IMG/VR virus record: IMGVR_UViG_2841629896_000001
DNA from: an uncultured virus (IMG/VR IMGVR_UViG_2841629896_000001)
Taxonomy: Duplodnaviria > Heunggongvirae > Uroviricota > Caudoviricetes
Direction: 5' to 3' (one strand)
DNA: 55,441 nt
A model generated the notes under the pieces. It worked only from the letters and a program-made list of their open reading frames with translations. It had not been told where the DNA came from and did no database searches. Position numbers and translations under genes: made by a program. Positions 28,134-37,742 of this stretch are shown in pieces. Position 1 is the first letter of the stretch; each line of letters begins with the position of its first letter.

Positions 28134-28334
28134 TTATGCTGCGTCACTTTGACGTTGCTGTTTTGCTTGTTCGATTACATTGAGAAGATCCGATTGTAAC
28201 CAACGCGATAAAAAACCAAATTTTAAAGGTTTTGGGAGAGAGCCATTGGTAACATGACGGCGGAAAGTTGAGACACTCATATGAAGCAATTGTGCACTTT
28301 CACGGTCAGTTAAAAGAATATCATTTTCAGTCAT
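28134..28334 (-). CDS. AlpA/excisionase-like HTH protein, copy 2
   Basis: Nearly identical to 22573-22773. Confidence 0.9.
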   Translation of the reverse strand: MTENDILLTDRESAQLLHMSVSTFRRHVTNGSLPKPLKFGFLSRWLQSDLLNVIEQAKQQRQSDAA

Positions 28335-28543
28335 TCTAAAATCCTTTTATTTTCAAAAAATAGAAACAAATCATGCCTATTTATTAAGCACATTTTGGTT
28401 TATTTTTGAAGGTATTTTATTTATAGAAAACAGTATATTATCATATAATTTCTGATGTGATAATTTATGAGTCTTATTGAGAGAGAATGAGAAAACAGAG
28501 AGAGAAAGTTATCCACAGATGATGGGGTAAATTACCCCATATC

Positions 28544-29710
28544 CTAAGATTGCTCAGTGACATAAGCCGCCCATTTATCCATATAGACACGGCGCTGTTC
28601 TAGATAGTCAGTACGACGATAGGCACGCTCTACTTTACCGCCTACCGTATGACTTAGAATGGTTTCAGCAACCTCATAGGGGGCATCGGTTGTTTCAGCA
28701 AGCCAATCGCGTAAACTAGAACGAAAGCCATGCGGGCAGGCATCAAGTTTATTTTTTTTCATATATTTTGACATAACATTCTCAGCAAGGGGACCTCGAC
28801 CGGAAAAAGACAGAATGAAATCACTTTTAGAGATACAACTGGCTTGTTCAATCACTTTTAGAGCTTCTAAAGATAGGGGTACGCGAAATTCTTTTGTTGT
28901 ATCACGCCTTCCTTTCATATTCTCAGCAGGAATAGTCCATATATCCCCATCAATCTGATCCTTATGAATATAACGTAAGGAATGTGTACGAACGCCTGTC
29001 AAGATGAGCAAACGCAAAGCCAGTTGTGTTATAGCTGTTATTTGGCAAAGTGTTTTATAAAAAGCGGGTATATCTCTCCAATCCATTGCTGGTCTATTAG
29101 TGATCTTATGACGTTGTTTTCCTAAAAGAGCGCGTGCTTTTTCTGTTGCTTGTAAATCAACATCCAAACCCAAAGCAGCTGCATGTTTGAGACAAAGTTT
29201 GAGACGCATCAATGCTGTCCGAGCAGCTCCAGCTTTTGTATGCCATNTAGGGGCAAGGGTATCGCGTATCTCTGTTTGCGTAATTTCTGAAACGGGTAAA
29301 CAGCCTAATTTAGGGAGAATATGAAGGCGTAAAGGTAAAAACCAAATTCCATCTTTCCCATCCCCTTTTAATTCAGCTTTATGGCTTTCAAAAGCATCCA
29401 CGGCAATATCTTTTAAATAATGGAGATTGCTTATTGTCTCACGCTTTTGTTTATCGCGTTCTTTAATGGGGTCACGCCCCTCACGTAAAACAGAACGCCA
29501 TTGATTTGCACATTCACGGGCTTTTTTTAAAGAAACATCTCGCAACGCTCCCAATCCCATTTCGCGACGACGCCCGTGAAGGGTATAACGATAAATCCAT
29601 TGAGCACCTCCATCTTTACGCTTATGAAGAAGCAAGCCGGCACCATCATTATATTTGCCAGCCCCCAATGTTGCTACAGATCTTGCATTAAGACGGTTCA
29701 TAAGGACCAT
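28544..29710 (-). CDS. int: P4-like tyrosine integrase, copy 2
   Basis: Same motifs as copy 1; open frame with one N at 29247; adjacent to the right att core. Confidence 0.95.
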   Translation of the reverse strand: MVLMNRLNARSVATLGAGKYNDGAGLLLHKRKDGGAQWIYRYTLHGRRREMGLGALRDVSLKKARECANQWRSVLREGRDPIKERDKQKRETISNLHYLKDIAVDAFESHKAELKGDGKDGIWFLPLRLHILPKLGCLPVSEITQTEIRDTLAPXWHTKAGAARTALMRLKLCLKHAAALGLDVDLQATEKARALLGKQRHKITNRPAMDWRDIPAFYKTLCQITAITQLALRLLILTGVRTHSLRYIHKDQIDGDIWTIPAENMKGRRDTTKEFRVPLSLEALKVIEQASCISKSDFILSFSGRGPLAENVMSKYMKKNKLDACPHGFRSSLRDWLAETTDAPYEVAETILSHTVGGKVERAYRRTDYLEQRRVYMDKWAAYVTEQS

Positions 29711-29884
29711 TTTTACTCCTTTCTTATACAAATTTGATCCACACACTCATCCCACTTGTTATGTGCAAATGAGTGGTTTTGATTGATACAACATACACAG
29801 ATTTGAAATGAGAGAATCCTACGTTATTCGAGACTCTCATTCAACATACAAAACAGTGAATTATCATTATAAATCAGTGTGTTG

Positions 29885-29896
29885 ATCACGTGCAAA
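29885..29896 (+). repeat. att core, right junction (ATCACGTGCAAA)
   Basis: Exact match to 8746-8757; preceded by the IHF-consensus-like AATCAG-TGTG-TTG at 29872-29884. Confidence 0.85.
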
Positions 29897-30383
29897 AGCA
29901 CCCCGTGAAGCCGTTGATCAATTGGCAATAGAAATGCGTGCAAAACGCTTCGGTTTAACCCTATACGAGGCAAAAAATCCACTTTCTGGGTCTTACATAG
30001 GGCGGCTTTGTTTGCAAGGTGTGCTTACACAAGAGCAATATGACGCCGCGCAACAGTACTTACAGATAAGAAACGATTATCTATGTGCAAAAGGCTTGCC
30101 TAATGCGATTTATGACGAAATGCCGTCATCATCTGATGATAAGGCAAGAGATAAGTGGGTAGCATTCGCAACAGAGCAGTTTATCAACATGCAAGAGGCA
30201 CTAAAAGAAGCGCAACAGCGCTATAGACAGTATAATCTTTATGCCGCGATAAATCATCTCGTTATAGAAGATCAAATGCTACCATATCGAATTCATTGCG
30301 CATTGCTCTTAATGCGCTTCAGAACTATTTTGATCAAAAAAGTAAATGGTAATTGTTTTATGTGCTTTTGCAGAATGACGTGA
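29886..30383 (+). pseudogene. 3' part of the split prophage gene (putative late regulator/antiterminator)
   Basis: SRAKAPREAVDQLAIEMRAKRFGLTLYEAKNPLSGSYIGRLCLQGVLTQEQYDAAQQY...; in frame with the GTG at 8681. Function inferred from position. Confidence 0.75.
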
Positions 30384-30446
30384 AACCTTTTCTGGATTAA
30401 GACGTTATCTTTGTATTACAGTGAATACAAAGATGAGGATTGCGTT

Positions 30447-30674
30447 ATGACGATATCTATTCGATTGCCTAGCGAACTTGAAACACGTTTGAATAATTTA
30501 GCAACTAAGACAGGTCGTACAAAGTCTTTTTATTTACGTGAGATTATTGAACGTGGAATCGAGGAAGCTGAGGATTATTATTTAGCTTCACAAGTAAGAG
30601 AGCGTGTTCGAAGAGGAGAAGCTACTTTTTATAGCTCTGAAGAGGTGAGGAAAGAGCTTGGCTTGGACGATTAG
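30447..30674 (+). CDS. RHH/RelB-like antitoxin
   Basis: MTISIRLPSELETRLNNLATKTGRTKSFYLREIIE...EDYYLA...SSEEVRKELGL. Confidence 0.9.
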   Translation: MTISIRLPSELETRLNNLATKTGRTKSFYLREIIERGIEEAEDYYLASQVRERVRRGEATFYSSEEVRKELGLDD

Positions 30675-30927
30675 ATATGAAAGAAAAGCTCTTAGTTTTT
30701 TAAAAAAATGCGATAAAAAAGAAGCACGGAGGATTGTTGATTTTTTAGATCAACACGTTGCCCCTCTTGAAGATGTACGTGCAATAGGTAAGCCCTTAAA
30801 AGGGCAATTATCGGGTTTATGGAGATATCGTGTAGGAGATTACAGAATACTTTGCGATCTTTATGATAAGGAACTTGTTGTGTTAGTTTTAGCTGTTGGA
30901 CATAGAAAAAATATATATAAAGGCTAA
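30658..30927 (+). CDS. RelE-family toxin
   Basis: GKPLKGQLSGLWRYRVGDYRILC...VLVLAVGHRKNIY. Confidence 0.92.
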   Translation: MAWTIRYERKALSFLKKCDKKEARRIVDFLDQHVAPLEDVRAIGKPLKGQLSGLWRYRVGDYRILCDLYDKELVVLVLAVGHRKNIYKG

Positions 30928-30999
30928 AGCAAAAGTTATTTTTTGCGAGCTTTTTATAACTGATCTCCTTTGAAATTATCAATATGTGTTATTTTTATG

Positions 31000-31028
31000 T
31001 TGACAAAGTGTAGCAAATCGTATTTAAT
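31000..31028 (+). promoter_or_regulatory. Putative late promoter
   Basis: TTGACA (31000-31005), 17 bp, TTTAAT (31023-31028), upstream of terS. Confidence 0.65.
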
Positions 31029-31078
31029 GACGTTGCTGTACTTAGGCGTATTGTGTCTAGAGAGGGAAATGTACAGTC

Positions 31079-31106
31079 AAAAATCCCCGCATTTGCGGGG
31101 TTTTTT
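31079..31106 (+). terminator. Intrinsic terminator between the late promoter and terS
   Basis: CCCCGCA-tt-TGCGGGG followed by TTTTTT. Confidence 0.75.
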
Positions 31107-31127
31107 ATTATCTGGAGGGTGTATTTT

Positions 31128-31463
31128 ATGACATCACAAAATACAGAACAGGTTTCTCAAACAAAGAAAAAATATAAACCCCCTAAGGCAGGAATGGGGC
31201 GTGTCAAAGGTGTACCCAATAAGAATACACGTCTTTTGAAAGAAGCAATTCTTAAAGCCGCTGAATTGGCAGGCAATAAGTATGGGAAAGAGGGGTTAAT
31301 CTCTTATCTCGAAAAGCAGGCAATAAGATGCCCCGCGGCTTATTTAGCGTTGCTTGGTAAGATCTTGCCTTTGCAAGTGACGGGTGAAGATGGGGGGGCG
31401 ATTAAGATCATAGGGCGTGTAGAAATTGCTCCTTTAACAATGAATGACGACAAGACAGATTAA
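31128..31463 (+). CDS. terS: Probable terminase small subunit
   Basis: GMGRVKGVPNKNTRLLKEAI...GKILPLQVTGEDGGAIK; GGAGG RBS; overlaps terL. Confidence 0.75.
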   Translation: MTSQNTEQVSQTKKKYKPPKAGMGRVKGVPNKNTRLLKEAILKAAELAGNKYGKEGLISYLEKQAIRCPAAYLALLGKILPLQVTGEDGGAIKIIGRVEIAPLTMNDDKTD

Positions 31464-32772
31464 GATTGTACCAAAACTTATCCCTATTTTTGCAGGGGAT
31501 GCTTTGGTACGTGCGGCTTGGGGTGGACGAGGGTCTGGTAAAACAAGATCATTTGCCTTGATGGCTGCTTTAAAAGGCTATCAATTTGGTATGCAGGGAA
31601 TATCAGGGACTATTCTTTGTGCACGTCAGTTTCAAAATTCGCTAGCAGAAAGTTCATTGGAGGAGATTAAGCGCGCCATTGAAGCCCATGACTTTTTAAG
31701 CGAATATTACAAGGTTGGAGAGGCTTCGATTAAGTCAAATGATGGTCGTATAGCTTTTCAGTTTTCTGGACTGGACCGTAATATAGCCAGTATCAAATCC
31801 ATGGGGCGTATTTTGCTTTGTTGGGTTGATGAGGCAGAGCCGGTAACAGAAACAGCTTGGCAGACACTCATTCCAACGTTGCGTGAAGAGGGAGAGGGAT
31901 GGCGTGCAGAGTTATGGGTCACATGGAACCCGTTGCGAGACAATGCACCGGTTGAAAGGCGGTTTCGCTTTTCAGACAATGAATCCATTAAGCGTGTGGA
32001 GATTAATTGGTCAGACAATCCGAAGTTTCCCAAGATCTTGAATGAAGCGCGGCTTGATGACCTTAGAAATCGTCCAGAAACCTATAAGCATATATGGGAA
32101 GGGGCTTATCTTACAGCGGTTCAGGGCGCTTACTATCAAAAAGAAATGTTGGCAGCGGAGCAAGAGGGGCGGATAGGGCGTGTTGCGCGTGATCCTTTAA
32201 TGCAGATACGGGCTTTTTGGGATATTGGGGGCACGGGAGCTAAGGCAGATGCCACAGCAATATGGATAGCGCAATTTGTAGGGAGAGAGATCAGAGTGCT
32301 TGATTATTACGAAGCGCAAGGACAGCCGTTATCGGAGCATATCGGTTGGTTGCGTCACAATGGCTATGAGAAGGCACTGATGGTTCTCCCCCATGATGGT
32401 GCGACCAGAGACCGTGTGCACAATGTGAGTTTTGAGAGTGCTTTAAATGATGCGGGTTTTGAAACGCAAGTGATACCAAATCAAGGGGCTGGTGCTGTCA
32501 AAATGCGTATCGAGGCAGTACGACGTATTCTACCCTCTGTTTGGTTCAATGAGGAGACGACAGTAGCGGGGCGTAAGGCACTGAATTGGTATCATGAGAA
32601 ATGGGATGAGAAGCGTAATATTGGCTTGGGAGCAGAACATGATTGGTCCAGTCATGGTGCAGATGCTTTTGGATTAATGTGTGTGGGGTATGAACAGCCA
32701 ATGCAGAGACAGAAGAGACCAGCTTATAGCGGTAGAGAAGCCTATGAAAGCACGTCATGGATGGCAGAATGA
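31444..32772 (+). CDS. terL: Terminase large subunit (PBSX-type)
   Basis: GGRGSGKT, CWVDEAE, TWNP, WDIG, HDWSSHGADAF. Confidence 0.97.
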   Translation: MTTRQIKIVPKLIPIFAGDALVRAAWGGRGSGKTRSFALMAALKGYQFGMQGISGTILCARQFQNSLAESSLEEIKRAIEAHDFLSEYYKVGEASIKSNDGRIAFQFSGLDRNIASIKSMGRILLCWVDEAEPVTETAWQTLIPTLREEGEGWRAELWVTWNPLRDNAPVERRFRFSDNESIKRVEINWSDNPKFPKILNEARLDDLRNRPETYKHIWEGAYLTAVQGAYYQKEMLAAEQEGRIGRVARDPLMQIRAFWDIGGTGAKADATAIWIAQFVGREIRVLDYYEAQGQPLSEHIGWLRHNGYEKALMVLPHDGATRDRVHNVSFESALNDAGFETQVIPNQGAGAVKMRIEAVRRILPSVWFNEETTVAGRKALNWYHEKWDEKRNIGLGAEHDWSSHGADAFGLMCVGYEQPMQRQKRPAYSGREAYESTSWMAE

Positions 32773-34775
32773 TGGATGATGAAGAGCATTTAGAGCAAGA
32801 GAGCAACATCTCAGATCTGTCAACAGAAGGTTTGTTTCGCAAGTTAGTCAGTTGGTACAAAGAAGATGTGGAGCATGTGAACAAATGGCGTGAACACGCA
32901 AGGGAGGATTTTCAATTTTACAATGGTGATCAGTGGAATGATCAAGATTTAGCGGCTTTAAAAGAGCAACGCCGCCCCGTTATGACGTTTAATCGCATTG
33001 CCCCACTTGTGAATGCTGTTGTGGGTTCAGAACGCAATAATAAGCGCGAAGTGCAATTTATTCCCCGTCAAATAGGCAAGGCATTGCCAAGTGAATTGCT
33101 TACAGGAGCGGCAGAATGGTTTCGCGATATGGCACATGCTGAATATGCAGATAGTGATGCTTTCCAAGATGCTGTCATCTGCGGTATGGGGTGGACAGAT
33201 ACGCGGCTTGATTACGAAAATAGTCTTGATGGTGAACCGGTCATTACGCGTTTAGACCCTTTGAAAATGGTTTGGGATAGTGCGGCAGTGCAACCGAATT
33301 TAACGGATGCACAACGCATGTGGTATGTCGACCGCAAGCCATTAGACGTAGCCAAGCAAATGTTTCCAAAAGTCCATTGGAGTGAACTGAGTGCTGATTG
33401 GGCGCGTGATGGGGCTGCTTATGAAGGCGTTCATCATAATGATCTTGAAGCTTACGATGATGAGAAGGGCATTGATGTTGAAAACGGTCGACGGATGGTT
33501 ACGCTTGTGGAATGTCGTTGGTTTGAAAGCGAACGATATTACAAGGCACCCGATTTGGAAACGGGAGAATTGCGTGATTACAGCGAAGAGGAGTTTAAGC
33601 AGCTCCAATGCATGATGCCCGATATCCAAGGGGCGGCTTTCAATAAAAAGGTTGTAAAACGCGCCTTTTTAGGGAGAAAACTGCTTGAATGCCCTGATCA
33701 ACCTTTGGTTCCAGCGGGTCAGTTGGGTTGGGAGTGTATCACGGGGTATTTTGATAAGATAGAACGGCAATTTTATGGGGTTGTAAGACCGACAAAAGAC
33801 CCTCAACGCTGGGCGAATAAATATTTTAGTCAAGTTATGCATATTCTCAATAGCCAATCCAAAGGTGGGATTATGGCTGAGAGGGGAGCGTTTGAAGATG
33901 AGAGAGAAGCGGTAAAAAGTTGGAGCAGGGTAGATAGTATTACGGTTTTGAAAAATGGTGCTTTGGCAGGGGGTAAGATACAACCCAAACCCGTAGCGCA
34001 ATTTCCAACCGGCTTTTTCCAACTGTTTAATGAAGCGAAAGAAGCAATTAATCAAGTTACAGGTCTCTCACCAGAGTTTATTGGAACGAGAGAAGTTTCA
34101 CAAGCAGGGATTTTAGAGGCACAACGGCGTCAATCCAGTCTTAACCTGCTTGCTTGTTTGTTTGATGGTTTGCGTTTGTATCGCAAAAGGCAGGGCAAGA
34201 TCATTTTGCACCTTATACAGAATTATTTGTCTGATGGTCGTTTAGTCCGGATATCGGGAGAGGAGAATGCGCAATATATTCCGTTGACCCGTGAAGCGGT
34301 GATGAGTGTTGATTATGATATTGTGGTGGATGATGCACCCACCAGCCCGAACGAAAAAGAGCGTACCTTTGGTATTATCACGCAGCTGTTACCGTTGCTT
34401 CAAAATGCCGTTACACCGGATATCATGCTTGATTTACTTCGTTATTCGCCATTGCCTGCGTCATTACTCAATCGTGTAAGCGAGAAGATGCAACAGCAGC
34501 AAATGGCACAACAAGCCCAACAACAGCAAATGAATCCAGAACAAGAAATGAAGTTGCAAGAAAAGCAGCAGGATATTGCGACCAAAAGCCAGATGCAACA
34601 GATGGATTTGCAAGGCAAGCAGATTGAATTGGTCATGCGTCAAAAGAGAGCGGAATTGGAAGCGGAATTGATGCAACAACGCCATGAGCTTGAACGGGAG
34701 CGTATTCTTAATGAACGAGCGCAAAATCAGATTATGCGGGAGAGAGCCGCAACGTACAGGGGAAGAAGCATTTAA
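32769..34775 (+). CDS. Portal protein (P22-like)
   Basis: FYNGDQW..RPVMTFNRIAP, KDPQRWANK, DYDIVVDDAP, Q-rich C-terminal barrel; follows terL. Confidence 0.9.
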   Translation: MMDDEEHLEQESNISDLSTEGLFRKLVSWYKEDVEHVNKWREHAREDFQFYNGDQWNDQDLAALKEQRRPVMTFNRIAPLVNAVVGSERNNKREVQFIPRQIGKALPSELLTGAAEWFRDMAHAEYADSDAFQDAVICGMGWTDTRLDYENSLDGEPVITRLDPLKMVWDSAAVQPNLTDAQRMWYVDRKPLDVAKQMFPKVHWSELSADWARDGAAYEGVHHNDLEAYDDEKGIDVENGRRMVTLVECRWFESERYYKAPDLETGELRDYSEEEFKQLQCMMPDIQGAAFNKKVVKRAFLGRKLLECPDQPLVPAGQLGWECITGYFDKIERQFYGVVRPTKDPQRWANKYFSQVMHILNSQSKGGIMAERGAFEDEREAVKSWSRVDSITVLKNGALAGGKIQPKPVAQFPTGFFQLFNEAKEAINQVTGLSPEFIGTREVSQAGILEAQRRQSSLNLLACLFDGLRLYRKRQGKIILHLIQNYLSDGRLVRISGEENAQYIPLTREAVMSVDYDIVVDDAPTSPNEKERTFGIITQLLPLLQNAVTPDIMLDLLRYSPLPASLLNRVSEKMQQQQMAQQAQQQQMNPEQEMKLQEKQQDIATKSQMQQMDLQGKQIELVMRQKRAELEAELMQQRHELERERILNERAQNQIMRERAATYRGRSI

Positions 34776-34788
34776 GAGAGGTTAGAGA

Positions 34789-35691
34789 ATGAATGCAGAA
34801 ATGAACGAAGTGATGAATGAAGGTATGAATGAAGATTATAGGGTTGGAGCACCGGTTTTTGATGATGATGAGAGCTCTTTTGATGTTGATCATGAGGTGG
34901 AGGCGGTTGAGAGTCATGATGCAACACCTCCAGAGCCGATTGCAGAGCCCGTTGAAAAGCCTTCAGAAATCGTTCCTAGTATAGAGCAGCAGCGTGCAGA
35001 ACAGCAAGCCAACCAAGCCCGTGAAGCACTTACTAAGTTTTATGAACCTCAATCTCAAGCGCCAATGGCTGAAGGGGAAAGCAGACCTCCAGATCCTACA
35101 CAAGACATTATTGGTTATATGAGTTGGATGGGAAAAAAGCTTCAAGAGCAAGATGCGTATATTCGTGCACAGCAAGATGTGCAAAGACAAGCCATTGAAA
35201 CCCAAGAATTTAATGGACATTTGAATCAATTTTTAGAAAGTTCTGTGACCTCTATCAAAGATAAATACAGTGACTTTGATGCGGCAGCAAATTTTCTTTA
35301 TGAGACGCGTGCAAAGCAGTTGAATGCATGGTCTTCTGTTTATCCGAATTATGCACAAAAAAGTACGATAGATGCGATTATAGGGGATGAACTACGTACA
35401 ATTGTAGCGACTTGTGCACAAAAAGGGGTTAATCCAGCAGAAGAGCTTTATAGGATAGCGCAAAATCTTGGTTATCAAAACCAAGCGGTCCAAGCCAATG
35501 ATCAAGTTGCTGCGCTTCAAAGCCGTCAGAATTCTGCGCGAACCTTAACGGCATCTGGTGGAGGAGGGAGTACTGGACCAATGACTAAACAAACTCTATC
35601 CGATATGTCAGAGAAGGAATTTGATGTGTGGATATCCAATCCGAAGAATGAAGCGCGTTTTTATGAAATTATGGGTGCAGACCCCGATTAG
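34789..35691 (+). CDS. Putative scaffolding protein
   Basis: Acidic helical protein between portal and capsid; C-terminal LSDMSEKEFD. Confidence 0.7.
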   Translation: MNAEMNEVMNEGMNEDYRVGAPVFDDDESSFDVDHEVEAVESHDATPPEPIAEPVEKPSEIVPSIEQQRAEQQANQAREALTKFYEPQSQAPMAEGESRPPDPTQDIIGYMSWMGKKLQEQDAYIRAQQDVQRQAIETQEFNGHLNQFLESSVTSIKDKYSDFDAAANFLYETRAKQLNAWSSVYPNYAQKSTIDAIIGDELRTIVATCAQKGVNPAEELYRIAQNLGYQNQAVQANDQVAALQSRQNSARTLTASGGGGSTGPMTKQTLSDMSEKEFDVWISNPKNEARFYEIMGADPD

Positions 35692-35735
35692 GCAATAGAT
35701 TTTACAGCATAATCCGCCTCTGATGCGGGTTTTCC

Positions 35736-35759
35736 ACCGGCTTTAAAGCCGGTTTTTTT
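35736..35759 (+). terminator. Intrinsic terminator-like hairpin ahead of the capsid gene
   Basis: ACCGGCTTTAAAGCCGGT followed by a T run. Confidence 0.65.
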
Positions 35760-35784
35760 ATAGCAAAGAAAGGTGAAACAAAAA

Positions 35785-36912
35785 ATGGCAACAACACATA
35801 TAGGGACTCATGATCCGCAATCGGTGAAATTGTGGTCACAGAAGTTAAGCAATGAAGTTTTGAAAGCGACGAAAATAGCCCCTCTGATTGGCAAAAGTTC
35901 GAACAGTATTATCCAGCTTTATAACGAAACCCATAAGAGTGCAGGGGATAGTGTTACATTTAGTTTGTTGGTCAATCTGTTTGGAGATGGTGTCACGCAA
36001 GGTGAAACCTTAGAGGGCAATGAAGAAGCGCTTCAATTTATGAATGATCGGTTGGTGATTAATGAGCTTTTACATGCGGCGCGTGTTGCCAATGATGACT
36101 CGATTGATCAACAGAGAATCCTCCCGAATTTACGCAAAAAAGCCAAAGAGGGTTTGGTTCGCTGGTATGCTAATCGTTTAAGCATCATGTTCTTTTTGCA
36201 GGTTTGTGGTTATACAGCGCGTACAATCAGTGTTGATGGTCGAGAAGTGTACATTAAACCGGTTCATTATGGCTTTAATGAAATCATGGCACCAAGCAGT
36301 GAACGGATTATTCGTCCCGATGCAAAAACCAAGGATGAAGATCTTACCGATAAAGCCAAACATAGCTTTAGTTTGAAGCTGATTGATGAAGCGGTTAAAC
36401 AAGCAAAGCTTGCTAATCCACAAATTTCTCCCGTCCATGTCAATGGTGATGATGTTTATGTTCTCTATTTGCACCCAACCCAAGTAATGCAATTGCGAAC
36501 CAATACCGCTGCTGGAGAATGGTTAGATATTCAAAAATCGGTTTATGCAACCTCTCGTGCGAAGAACCCAATCTTTGATGGCTCTCTTGGTATGTATAAT
36601 GGTGTTGTTTTACGCGAAGCTATTCATGTTACCCATGGTGTAAAATCGACAGATCATACAGCGGTCAAAAGCGTGCGTCGTGCGGTGTTCTTAGGAGCGC
36701 AGAGTGCAATTATAGGTTTTGGGAAAAATCATAGTGCAACAAATTACACCCTTAAAGAAGAGTATTTTGATTATGAACGTGAATTTGGTGTTGCAGCAAA
36801 AACTTTGATAGGAATGAAGAAAACTCGTTTCCAAATGCCAAATAGTGGACAGACAGCCCAAGATTTTGGAACGATTGTTATTCCTACCTACAGCGGTGAA
36901 GCCGCAGCGTAA
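35785..36912 (+). CDS. Major capsid protein (N4-gp56/DUF4043-like)
   Basis: VKLWS, AGDSVTFSL, TLEGNEEAL, NPIFDGSLGMYNGVVL, RAVFLGAQS, GMKKTRF..DFGTI. Confidence 0.9.
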   Translation: MATTHIGTHDPQSVKLWSQKLSNEVLKATKIAPLIGKSSNSIIQLYNETHKSAGDSVTFSLLVNLFGDGVTQGETLEGNEEALQFMNDRLVINELLHAARVANDDSIDQQRILPNLRKKAKEGLVRWYANRLSIMFFLQVCGYTARTISVDGREVYIKPVHYGFNEIMAPSSERIIRPDAKTKDEDLTDKAKHSFSLKLIDEAVKQAKLANPQISPVHVNGDDVYVLYLHPTQVMQLRTNTAAGEWLDIQKSVYATSRAKNPIFDGSLGMYNGVVLREAIHVTHGVKSTDHTAVKSVRRAVFLGAQSAIIGFGKNHSATNYTLKEEYFDYEREFGVAAKTLIGMKKTRFQMPNSGQTAQDFGTIVIPTYSGEAAA

Positions 36913-36934
36913 ACATTAAGGAGGAAAACAAGAC

Positions 36935-37315
36935 ATGGCAGATCAATTACCCCCTCCATTACAGGGCAGAAATCTTCATACCCAACAGGTAAGCTTTTTG
37001 CGTTTGAATATCTCACATAAAGAGAAGCATCTTACAGAGAAAATCGGAATTTTGCCTCGTGGCGCTTTGATTACTTCAATTAAAACGTTTGTGAAGACGG
37101 CATTTTCCGAAGCAAAATTGAAGATTGGCAGCAGCTATGGGGGCAATGAGTTTGGCGAAAAAGATATCAAAGCCCAAACCACACAAGATTTTACACCAAC
37201 AGACCAAAAGGTTTTTGCTCCAGAGGATAAAGAAATGACCCTTTATGCAACAAGAGATAAAACCACAGATGCTGGTGAGTGTGTTGTGGTCGTGCAATTT
37301 GTGGCAAATCATTAA
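36935..37315 (+). CDS. Putative capsid decoration protein, copy 1
   Basis: Small beta protein after the capsid gene (IGILPRGALITSI). Confidence 0.65.
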   Translation: MADQLPPPLQGRNLHTQQVSFLRLNISHKEKHLTEKIGILPRGALITSIKTFVKTAFSEAKLKIGSSYGGNEFGEKDIKAQTTQDFTPTDQKVFAPEDKEMTLYATRDKTTDAGECVVVVQFVANH

Positions 37316-37326
37316 GGGGACAAGAT

Positions 37327-37707
37327 ATGGCAGATTATTTACCAGAACCCTTACAGGGGAGAAACCTTCATACGCAGCAGGTAAGCTTCTTGCGTCTTAA
37401 TTTTAGTTACCAAGATAAAGAAAACGTAATGAAGATAGGCACTCTCCCTCGTGGTGCTTTAATAACATCAATCAAGGCGTTTATTAAGACAGCGTTTTCG
37501 GACACAAAGGTCAAAATAGGCAGCACTGCTGGCGGGACTGAATTTGGTGAGTTAGAGATCAAACAAGCGGGTATTAAAGCAGCGACGATTTCTAATCAGA
37601 AGGAGTTTGTTCCCTTTGATAAAGAGGTCACGCTTTATGCCAAAGCCGATAAAACAGTCCAAGCTGGTCAAGCAAGTATAGTCGTTGAATTCGTAACCAA
37701 TCACTGA
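37327..37707 (+). CDS. Putative capsid decoration protein, copy 2 (tandem paralogue)
   Basis: MADYLPEPLQGRNLHTQQVSFLRLN closely matches the previous gene. Confidence 0.65.
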   Translation: MADYLPEPLQGRNLHTQQVSFLRLNFSYQDKENVMKIGTLPRGALITSIKAFIKTAFSDTKVKIGSTAGGTEFGELEIKQAGIKAATISNQKEFVPFDKEVTLYAKADKTVQAGQASIVVEFVTNH

Positions 37708-37742
37708 AATTGAGAGGAGAGATCTATTAACTCTCCTTCAGT

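Larger units (their letters stand above)
28040..29889. repeat. AlpA-integrase-att arm module, copy 2
   Basis: Diverged direct repeat of 22480-24328. Confidence 0.95.
8746..29896. mobile_element. Nested tyrosine-integrase element (satellite-like composite island, ~21.1 kb)
   Basis: Direct repeat ATCACGTGCAAA at both ends; integrase next to the right end; AlpA, primase remnant, DUF3987, R-M and TA cargo; target gene split. Confidence 0.88.
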
